43,568 nucleotides of DNA, taken from the IMG/VR virus record IMGVR_UViG_3300017648_000005, positions 1 through 43,568 of that record; one strand, written 5' to 3'. Both the position numbers and the translations under genes were made by a program. The notes under the pieces are model-generated. The model worked only from the letters and a program-made list of their open reading frames with translations. It ran no database searches and had not been told where the DNA came from. Shown here one piece after another: positions 36,290 to 43,568 of the stretch (position 1 is its first letter; each line of letters opens with the position of its first letter). The DNA is from a virus. Taxonomy: Duplodnaviria > Caudoviricetes.

Positions 36290-36994
36290 ATGGCTAATGT
36301 TCAACAATTACTAGATACTGTGAACACGACATATCGAAATTCCTATTCTACGGCTCAAAAGGTCGAATGGATGGACGATACACAAAGACAAATCTTTCAG
36401 ACCGTCCGTCATGAAGCAGTTCCCTATGAGTTTACAACCGTGTCTGAATTTTCATTTTACCCTTTGCCTTATGATTGCGACCCGATGGGCGTAAAAAAAG
36501 TGGATATTGAAACGAAGGCCGGTTCGAATCGATTTTGTCAATTAACGTTCGTCAATATCGATTCGGGCGTAAGAGTATCCGAGCAAGACGAATTCTACAG
36601 CATTACCGCAAATCAAGACATTTACCTTAACCCGATTCCCACGGATAAAACTGAGGGAAAACGGGTTTTTGTTTATTACAACAAACGACCTGCTTCGTTA
36701 TCTATATCAAATCTTGCAGCATTTCCCGATTTGGAAGAAGACTTTCATGAACTTCTCGTTCTCGGGTGTTTAATGCGAATCACACGGGCGCGGGGAGAAT
36801 GGGACGATAATGCGGGATTTAAGGCTGATTACATGCGATTGTTGAAAGATTATCAAGACCTATACGCTCAACCCTTCCCGGAATACTCGGTTCCTGAAGA
36901 TCGCCTTCCGCGCAGGCGCGGTCAAGTGCATACGAAGGGATATCATAATCGATACCCGTATGGTTTACTGCCAACGGATTTGATTAAGGAGTGA
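36290..36994 (+). CDS. Head-tail adaptor-like protein
   Basis: Position; YLNPIP and FHELLVLG motifs. Confidence 0.6.
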   Translation: MANVQQLLDTVNTTYRNSYSTAQKVEWMDDTQRQIFQTVRHEAVPYEFTTVSEFSFYPLPYDCDPMGVKKVDIETKAGSNRFCQLTFVNIDSGVRVSEQDEFYSITANQDIYLNPIPTDKTEGKRVFVYYNKRPASLSISNLAAFPDLEEDFHELLVLGCLMRITRARGEWDDNAGFKADYMRLLKDYQDLYAQPFPEYSVPEDRLPRRRGQVHTKGYHNRYPYGLLPTDLIKE

Positions 36995-36998
36995 TCGA

Positions 36999-38387
36999 AT
37001 GGGATCGCAGAAACAACGTGCAGAGAACAATTTCAGCGGGGGGATTAATAACGAGCAATCCCCCTCTTTCGTTGGAGACAATGAAACCGTCGATCATGTC
37101 GGATTTGACTTCGATAATTACCCCACTTTGCGAACGCGAAAAGGAAAGGTCAATTACGGAGCATCTGGTGGAGCTGTCACACGTCTCTTAACGAACTTTC
37201 GAGAAAACTATTTGTTTCGATCTGTCGGAACGAAATTACAATATGATAATAACGGAACCTGGACGGATATAACCGGGACATACTCAAATTCTGATTGGGA
37301 CGCGGCGAACTTTGAAGTATCCGGGGATCATGCGCTTATACTTACGAACGGCGTTGATCCCGTGAAATACTATACCGGAGGTTCAATCGTATCGAATTTA
37401 TCCGCAAATTCGCCCGTAGGGAAATACGTTACTGCCGATCCTTCAAGGGTATTCATTGCGAAGGACGATATCCTCTATTGGTGCGGATTCCAAGATGCCA
37501 CAGACTGGACATCGGCAGAAAATTCGGGGTTTGCACAGTATTATACTTACGGGGGCGGTGACATCACCGCTTTATTTAATTACAAAGATATCAAATATGT
37601 ATTTAAGCGGAATTCGATGGCTGGCCTATACGGGACGAATTACTTCGATTTCCGCATCATTGAAGTGTCCAATAACATCGGCTGCGTGAGTTTCAAGACT
37701 GTACAGGAAGTCAACGGCCGTATGATTTGGTTGGGGGAACAAGACATCTATCAGTTCACCCAAGGGAATCCCATACCAATCGGAAACAAGGTGATGGGAT
37801 TTATCAAACGAATCAACTGGTCACAGGTAGGGAAATGCTGCGCCTTTACCGATGGGTTACGGTACTATTTGAATCTAGTCGTCGACAACGCCACAGAGCC
37901 GAATTTGCGTCTCGTATATGATACAAGATACGACCTATGGCGAGTCCCAGCCTATAACGAACAATTCCGATATGGCGCGTTCTTTAATAACAAACTATAC
38001 GCCGGGAATGCTTCAGGACAGACGATGATTGTTAATGAGGGCGATACCGACAACGGAACACCGATTTCATGGAGTCTAACATCGAAAGCTTTCAACGAAA
38101 ATGTCGGGGAAGCGGAGAAAGAGTACAAGGAAATCCATTATCAAGGGGAATTCTTCAACACTCAAAGCATGACGATTTCGATTTCCACCAATGATCAGGG
38201 CGAGAACTTCATGCCGCTAGAATACGATCCTTTAACGCATGGATTGGCCTCTGACAACAAGAACGTGATCGTTCCGATGGATACCACTCCCCTAGCCTAT
38301 TGGATGCGATATAGGCTATCTGGAAGCGGTCAAACGGCGTTCTATTTGGTGCAGCGATACTATCGGGTATGTCGAGTCCAACACTAG
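36999..38387 (+). CDS. Tail nozzle/stabilization protein (P22 gp10/T7 gp12-like)
   Basis: NFSGGIN start; NIGCVS...; beta-propeller-like composition. Confidence 0.7.
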   Translation: MGSQKQRAENNFSGGINNEQSPSFVGDNETVDHVGFDFDNYPTLRTRKGKVNYGASGGAVTRLLTNFRENYLFRSVGTKLQYDNNGTWTDITGTYSNSDWDAANFEVSGDHALILTNGVDPVKYYTGGSIVSNLSANSPVGKYVTADPSRVFIAKDDILYWCGFQDATDWTSAENSGFAQYYTYGGGDITALFNYKDIKYVFKRNSMAGLYGTNYFDFRIIEVSNNIGCVSFKTVQEVNGRMIWLGEQDIYQFTQGNPIPIGNKVMGFIKRINWSQVGKCCAFTDGLRYYLNLVVDNATEPNLRLVYDTRYDLWRVPAYNEQFRYGAFFNNKLYAGNASGQTMIVNEGDTDNGTPISWSLTSKAFNENVGEAEKEYKEIHYQGEFFNTQSMTISISTNDQGENFMPLEYDPLTHGLASDNKNVIVPMDTTPLAYWMRYRLSGSGQTAFYLVQRYYRVCRVQH

Positions 38388-38397
38388 GAGGGAAACT

Positions 38398-39066
38398 ATG
38401 CCTACACCGCAATTTCCGGGCGTACCGGATTATGATAAGAACAAGTCGGTCGAGTACAATTTATTCCAACTCTATGACGCGTATATTGGTGTAAACAGGT
38501 ATTTGACGTACTTACTCAGCGCATTAGATACACTGAATGTTAGTCGTTTAGACGCGAAGGTAATTATTGCGGGATCAATTACTGCCGACAAAATAGGAGC
38601 AGGACAAGTCACAGCAGATAAGATCGATGTAGCAGAACTATCTGCCATAAGTGCTAATTTAGGGACTATTATCGCGGGAAGCATCACATCCAACACGGAA
38701 ATCAATGTCGGGACTGATCTTCGCGTTGGAAATAACATTTATTTGGGCGATCAGAACAGTGGCGAATCAAAGTCATTTCAAATTTCCAATAGCTCAGGAT
38801 CAGCCGCAAGGATGAATTATCTATCGGGAGATATTGATTGGATTCTGGATGGGAATTTTAATGTAAATCCTTCTGGAAGCATGAATGTAACTTCCATGCT
38901 AAGACCAAATTCTATTCGATGCAATAATATCGCCACGAATGACGGTAGACCTTACGCACTGGAAGGTTTAGTCGGAACAAAGGAATATTACGTTTCACTC
39001 ACTCCTGGAGGTCCAAATAACCATAAAATCACTTTTGAAAATGGTATTTTAGTATCAGAAGGGTAA
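38398..39066 (+). CDS. Tail needle/spike-like protein
   Basis: ITADKI...LSAISANLGTI repeats; ITFENGIL C-terminus. Confidence 0.6.
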   Translation: MPTPQFPGVPDYDKNKSVEYNLFQLYDAYIGVNRYLTYLLSALDTLNVSRLDAKVIIAGSITADKIGAGQVTADKIDVAELSAISANLGTIIAGSITSNTEINVGTDLRVGNNIYLGDQNSGESKSFQISNSSGSAARMNYLSGDIDWILDGNFNVNPSGSMNVTSMLRPNSIRCNNIATNDGRPYALEGLVGTKEYYVSLTPGGPNNHKITFENGILVSEG

Positions 39067-39127
39067 TTGATGGTGATCCCATAATGTGGTATTGTGGATT
39101 TAGATAATTTGTGAACGGGGTGATTCA

Positions 39128-39298
39128 ATGATTTCACTATGTAAATTTCTTTTGCTGTACAGCTTCTTGGTGATCGGTCCAGAAGATAGTTACATCATTA
39201 AAGGAAATGAAATCAGAATAGATCGAACTAATGGGTATACTGACATCTTTTATCATACAGATATAGGAACACCATATTTCATTGAATACAAAAAATAA
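39128..39298 (+). CDS. Small hypothetical protein (56 aa)
   Basis: GGGGTGA RBS; ends at bidirectional terminator 39301-39326. Confidence 0.5.
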   Translation: MISLCKFLLLYSFLVIGPEDSYIIKGNEIRIDRTNGYTDIFYHTDIGTPYFIEYKK

Positions 39299-39327
39299 AC
39301 AAAAGGCTCCCTAATGGGAGCCTTTAC

Positions 39328-39657
39328 TTATGGTTTTGGTTTTTGAATATTACACTCCGGATTGAGACGTTCTATTTTTGCTGCTTCTTCATAATCGCGA
39401 TTTTCTTGTCTTTCAATCACGATCCAACAAACCGACACGATATATTTTTGAACATTGTTTCTCAAGCAATCATTCGGTTCATCTTCGCGTAGATGTTCTA
39501 ACAGACGAGATCGCAAATTTTTAGCTTGCCCAACATAAATAAAGCGCCAACTTTCATCTTTAAGTTGTACTCTGATGATATAAACACCTGGACTCATCGG
39601 GACTTTTGATGTGACCTGATCTTTATTATACGGAATATACGTCGAATAACTTGCCAA
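39328..39657 (-). CDS. Stand-alone GIY-YIG nuclease
   Basis: GVYII...IYVGQAKNLRSRLLEH...E...NPECN; TTG start after AGGGGTGA. Confidence 0.85.
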   Translation of the reverse strand: MASYSTYIPYNKDQVTSKVPMSPGVYIIRVQLKDESWRFIYVGQAKNLRSRLLEHLREDEPNDCLRNNVQKYIVSVCWIVIERQENRDYEEAAKIERLNPECNIQKPKP

Positions 39658-39691
39658 AAAAATCACCCCTAAATTGAAAGGATTGAAAAAA

Positions 39692-39907
39692 ATGAAAATC
39701 AAATTTATTCTGTCTGCAATCTGGAGTATACTTACAGGGAAGGCATCCGTGGTACCGAGAACATTTACGAGGGAAGACGTGGTAGTTGGGAGGTTTTCGA
39801 TCCACACGAGTACAAATTACACAAGAATAAGCTTAAATGGTCGTGAATTCTACTTTACACCAGATGGTGAATTTGATGGGACTGGCTCTAGCCTTTGTCA
39901 TGAGTAA
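39692..39907 (+). CDS. Hypothetical protein
   Basis: AAAGGA upstream; protein-like composition. Confidence 0.45.
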   Translation: MKIKFILSAIWSILTGKASVVPRTFTREDVVVGRFSIHTSTNYTRISLNGREFYFTPDGEFDGTGSSLCHE

Positions 39908-40015
39908 AAAACACCCCCTTTCCAAATAATGACAAGTCTCGACAACTTGTATTCTAACAGAATGGGGATATTTTACAACATTGCAGGTATAAACATCCTA
40001 TGCTATGCTTAAACT

Positions 40016-40126
40016 AACAAAAGGAGACGGTGCCAACGTCTCCCTTGTACAACATAGTTGGGTGGGTATCCTCCAACAAGCAGAAAATAACCCGTTCCCT
40101 TGGCGCTAACCTGGGCGGGTTATTTT
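40016..40126 (+). ncRNA. Putative type I antitoxin RNA
   Basis: TTGCAG-17bp-TATGCT promoter 39981-40009; terminator 40085-40126; convergent on toxin 3' end. Confidence 0.7.
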
Positions 40127-40203
40127 CGTTTTACGTATGTCAGTAACGCCAGCAAGAACATGCCGAACAACAACATATCGTGAAACGAAAACGACATAGG
40201 CAT
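40120..40203 (-). CDS. Type I toxin (holin-like 27-aa peptide)
   Basis: MPMSFSFHDMLLFGMFLLALLTYVKRK; AGGAGGT RBS sequestered in CCTCC/GGAGG hairpin. Confidence 0.8.
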   Translation of the reverse strand: MPMSFSFHDMLLFGMFLLALLTYVKRK

Positions 40204-40286
40204 ACCTCCTTTCTGGAGGATAGCCTTACCCACCGCAAGCTAGGTTGTACAATTACATTATACTATATTTTGGGAGAGGGTCATAT

Positions 40287-40499
40287 GTGAATATTCGTTT
40301 TACGAAGCATGCCAAATTCAGATGTATGCAACGGAAAATCCCCCAATCATGGGTAAGCGAACTGATAAAGGACATTCCCTATTATGAAGGGATATATAAT
40401 AGGATAAAGATAGACGGAACAAATTTAATAGTTGTATATCAGGACAGAAATGGTGTGAGGAATATCGTAACCCTTCACGCTGGTACACGAAAGAAATAA
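40287..40499 (+). CDS. DUF4258-like (RelE/BrnT-fold) protein
   Basis: FTKHAKFRCMQRKI...IVVY...IVTLH; terminator 40498-40519. Confidence 0.65.
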   Translation: MNIRFTKHAKFRCMQRKIPQSWVSELIKDIPYYEGIYNRIKIDGTNLIVVYQDRNGVRNIVTLHAGTRKK

Positions 40500-40538
40500 C
40501 CGCCAATGGGCGGTTTTTTATTTGAAAGGAGTGATCGT

Positions 40539-41960
40539 ATGGCAACAGCGCAGCAACTTGATCCGTCCTATCTCGGAGTGCGAGACACGCTTAAAAATCA
40601 GTTTAAAGTAACAGATGAACGTATCGGATATGATCCGAAAAGCGGGTATGTGACCATTGATGGTCAAAACATCTTCAAACCACCGACAAATGTACAAGGA
40701 ACGACCTATGCGCCACAATCCGTTTTTAACAGTGCAGCCGGTACAATCAATGCATTAAATCGTCAGTATGATCTTCAAAACCAAGTTCTGAACCCGCAAC
40801 AGAATACAAATCCGTATGACCAAAGGTTTAATGATTTGTTGGATCAGTTAACGCAACGTGTACAGACGCCCGCTCAGATTAACCCTTATGAATCAGCGCA
40901 ATATGAAGCGGCTCAAGCACAGATGCAAAGACAAGCCCAACAATCTACGAGACAAGCCCAAGAAGCTTTGGGTGGGGCTGGATTAGGACGTTCATCGGTT
41001 TTATCAGACCGGGCACAGCGTATTCAAAACGATGCAAATGAATACCTTGAAACACAGATTGTCCCTCAGATTGTTTCTCAGATTCAAGCGCAACAACAGC
41101 AAGAATTGAACAATCTCATGAATATTCTCGGTGCTATAGGACAGCAACAAAGTCTGTACGATAATCGAACTCAAAACCAGTTTGGCAACCAGTTTGATGT
41201 ATTGAATTTCCTTACTGGACGTCAAGACCGTGCACAGAATATTCAGAGGGAAGATGAAGCGATCGCACGTGAAATGCAACAACTTTCCGAAGAAAAAGCG
41301 TACCGTTCTCAGCGAGACACAGAAGAAGATCGTCGTTGGTGGGCTGATTACAATAGACGTGGTGAGGAATTCGCCCAACAAATGGGTTATAATTGGGCGC
41401 AGCTTAGCCAACGTGAGAAGGAAAGGTTAGCAGATGAAGCGTATCGCCAACAGTCGTTGAATTTGGAACGTCAATCCCTGGCACTCCAACAAGAACAAAA
41501 TAGATATCGAGACCAATTTAATCAAGGCATGCAAATTTTCCAATCCACAGGGAGCATGCCTGATTACATGAGAAATTTCGGGGTTAATGTGGACGGCCTG
41601 AACAACCAAGCCATGCAAGAAGAAATAATTGCGCTCTATGATGATTTAACTAACAAAAGAACGACACCGGAAAATGCATTAAAAATTATCGATATGGCTA
41701 GAAAAACTAAAGCCAAATCACCAGAACTTCTAAAACAACTTGAAGAAACTATTTACATGTACGATCCGAGTTTAAAAGGAAATCAAAGTGATAATAAAAA
41801 TATTCTATCTTTTAACCCGAAAAAACCTATTGAGGACGCTAAGAAATTTACTACCGCAGTTCCGGAATTCTTGGATAGCCAGGGTCAGATGTATAAGGAA
41901 TTCTTCAATTCAATTAGTTGGGATGCGCTTAGAGATGCATTAAAGACACCATTCAATTAA
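40539..41960 (+). CDS. Gln-rich internal virion/ejection protein
   Basis: AAGGAGTG RBS; Q-rich helical; GLGRSS motif; precedes largest gene. Confidence 0.7.
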   Translation: MATAQQLDPSYLGVRDTLKNQFKVTDERIGYDPKSGYVTIDGQNIFKPPTNVQGTTYAPQSVFNSAAGTINALNRQYDLQNQVLNPQQNTNPYDQRFNDLLDQLTQRVQTPAQINPYESAQYEAAQAQMQRQAQQSTRQAQEALGGAGLGRSSVLSDRAQRIQNDANEYLETQIVPQIVSQIQAQQQQELNNLMNILGAIGQQQSLYDNRTQNQFGNQFDVLNFLTGRQDRAQNIQREDEAIAREMQQLSEEKAYRSQRDTEEDRRWWADYNRRGEEFAQQMGYNWAQLSQREKERLADEAYRQQSLNLERQSLALQQEQNRYRDQFNQGMQIFQSTGSMPDYMRNFGVNVDGLNNQAMQEEIIALYDDLTNKRTTPENALKIIDMARKTKAKSPELLKQLEETIYMYDPSLKGNQSDNKNILSFNPKKPIEDAKKFTTAVPEFLDSQGQMYKEFFNSISWDALRDALKTPFN

Positions 41961-41972
41961 GAAGGTGATAGG

Positions 41973-43568
41973 ATGACGACCTTGTTTGGAAGAGGTTCCG
42001 GGGGCAAAACATTATTCGGAACGAGACCAGATGAAGACGATAAATACAACCTAGATCGAGTGGGTCGATCAATAGATAACGCTCGAACCCGAATAGAAGA
42101 TGCGGGATTCAATCCAGGCGATGCGGATAAGCGGAACTGGTTTGAGAAGGCCACTAATTTACCCGAGAATCAAAACTTTCTTTTTGATGCACTTGAACTA
42201 ATCGGAAGGCCGGGTCAAGCTGTCATGGGAGCTGTAGACGCTGCTGTAAGTGGAGGAAATCCACTTAAACAAGCTGTACAGGGATTTACTGGACAAGAAA
42301 AGTTTCGAGGATCGGAACTCATCGATGATATCGGAGTGGACAATAAAGTAGCAAGAGCGATATTAGGTACGGGTCTAGAAATTGCGCTAGACCCTCTTAC
42401 GTTTGTTCCTGGTGGCGCATTATTGAAGGGGGCAAAAGGAGTTGCTAATTTTGCGGCTAAACCACTTCAAGCGGGATATAATGCATTAGAAAGCGCATCC
42501 CCACAACTTCGACAGTTACGAGAACAAACTGTACAACCCGCATTAGAACGTACCAGAGACGCGCTAGGACGCGCCTTCGTGCCCGACTATAAGTTAGGCG
42601 AAGATTTATACGGTCGCGCCGACGACACAATTCTAAGGTCCAAGCAAGCCACGGAAAACACAATGCGCTATATGAACGAGAATCTTATGCGCAACGTGGC
42701 AGATGAAGCGAAAAAGGCCGGAGGGATTGAAACGGGCGTTGATGTTGGGCGAATCATGGAAGCTCCGTTGAGACAAACAAATAAAAAATTTACTCTTCCC
42801 GATGGGAACGTAACAGACAATGAAGATTATGTTCGAAAGCTTCTAAACGACAAGTACAAAGCCATTCGTGCAAGTGGACTTACTGCTGACCAACGAAATG
42901 TAATACGGGAAGATATCAAGAAATTACGTGATACCCTGAAGAATCCGACTGAGGAAGTGATTGAAAGGCCGGTTCGTGAACTATCTCAAAACCCTGCAAT
43001 ACGACAAGCTGCCGAAAATCTCATGCGATCCAACAATGAATTACGTCAATGGGCGCTTGATAACGGCATCCAAGTCGGTGAGTTGGAAGGGTACATGACG
43101 CACGTATTGGCGGCAGAAGAACGTAAACGCCGGAAAAACCTTAATGCCATGCCAATAGACCGTGGAAACTTTGGAACTGGTCAACCAAGCAAGAATGTCC
43201 TAAAACAACGCACGCTCATGGGAAGCGCGGAAGATGTAAATGAAGAAGTAGGGCGCCAGTTCTTCGAACCCAATGCCTTCTTCGCCACAGCCATCGGGCA
43301 AAAACGACTGATTGACTATGTGAACGCCGCAAAGTTCCGACGCGAAGTCTTGTCCAATCCGAACTTTGCGCAAAAATATGAGAAGGGTATGACGATCCCC
43401 AATAATGCGGTTGTCATCGATACCAATAACTATAAGTTCATCGACGACGATGCTGCGCGAGAGCTGGGATTGGCTTCCGAAGTAGGCGGTCAATATGTAG
43501 TCACCAAGAGCGTTAAACAAGCGTTAGACCGATATAAGAAGCTTACGACGGATGAAGGCATAAACGCC
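41973..43568 (+). CDS. N-terminal part of large internal virion/ejection protein (continues at base 1)
   Basis: AAGGTGA RBS; ATG 41973; in frame with 1-1389 across the overlap. Confidence 0.8.
   Translation, partial: MTTLFGRGSGGKTLFGTRPDEDDKYNLDRVGRSIDNARTRIEDAGFNPGDADKRNWFEKATNLPENQNFLFDALELIGRPGQAVMGAVDAAVSGGNPLKQAVQGFTGQEKFRGSELIDDIGVDNKVARAILGTGLEIALDPLTFVPGGALLKGAKGVANFAAKPLQAGYNALESASPQLRQLREQTVQPALERTRDALGRAFVPDYKLGEDLYGRADDTILRSKQATENTMRYMNENLMRNVADEAKKAGGIETGVDVGRIMEAPLRQTNKKFTLPDGNVTDNEDYVRKLLNDKYKAIRASGLTADQRNVIREDIKKLRDTLKNPTEEVIERPVRELSQNPAIRQAAENLMRSNNELRQWALDNGIQVGELEGYMTHVLAAEERKRRKNLNAMPIDRGNFGTGQPSKNVLKQRTLMGSAEDVNEEVGRQFFEPNAFFATAIGQKRLIDYVNAAKFRREVLSNPNFAQKYEKGMTIPNNAVVIDTNNYKFIDDDAARELGLASEVGGQYVVTKSVKQALDRYKKLTTDEGINA
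43446..43568. repeat. Terminal overlap, identical to 1-123
   Basis: Exact identity. Confidence 0.97.

Noticed and set aside
31968-39066. Diversity-generating retroelement or invertase shufflon for fibres
   Set aside because: No reverse transcriptase, no TR/VR pair and no invertase seen
43446-43568. Biological direct terminal repeat
   Set aside because: Lies mid-gene and is most simply an assembler circular overlap; read data would be needed to define real ends
1-43568. tRNA or rRNA genes
   Set aside because: No cloverleaf with T-loop consensus noticed by eye; tRNAscan-SE was not run

Overview
The window is an apparently complete, circularly permuted temperate phage genome of about 43,445 bp; bases 1-123 are repeated exactly at 43446-43568. 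The likely host is a spore-forming Bacillota (Paenibacillus/Brevibacillus-like), inferred from promoter and RBS style and a Cheo/LexA box. Gene order: lysis (holin, amidase); accessory region with candidate small RNAs; attP and large serine integrase; lysogeny module (membrane proteins, c-di-GMP-I aptamer, HTH, SOS box, repressor/cro switch); early and replication genes (ERF, PD-(D/E)XK nuclease, SSB, HNH, replication initiator, C5 methyltransferase, RusA); ArpU-like activator; terminase, P22-like portal, scaffold and capsid; fibres and beta-helix tailspike; adaptor and nozzle; moron cluster; large ejection proteins. No tail tube or tape measure gene is visible, implying a podovirus. Most notable observations: (1) a c-di-GMP-I aptamer with its own promoter and no downstream gene; (2) two families of dispersed repeats bounding small accessory genes like cassettes, one folding strand-specifically like attC and one with dif-like 11-6-11 layout; (3) a ~330-nt structured RNA candidate beside attP; (4) an acr-aca-like autoregulated operon; (5) a LexA-controlled Cys-rich ORF convergent on a protease-less repressor; (6) a gene nested in the methyltransferase; (7) a type I toxin-antitoxin locus. 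All family assignments come from motif recognition by eye; no database searches were run.
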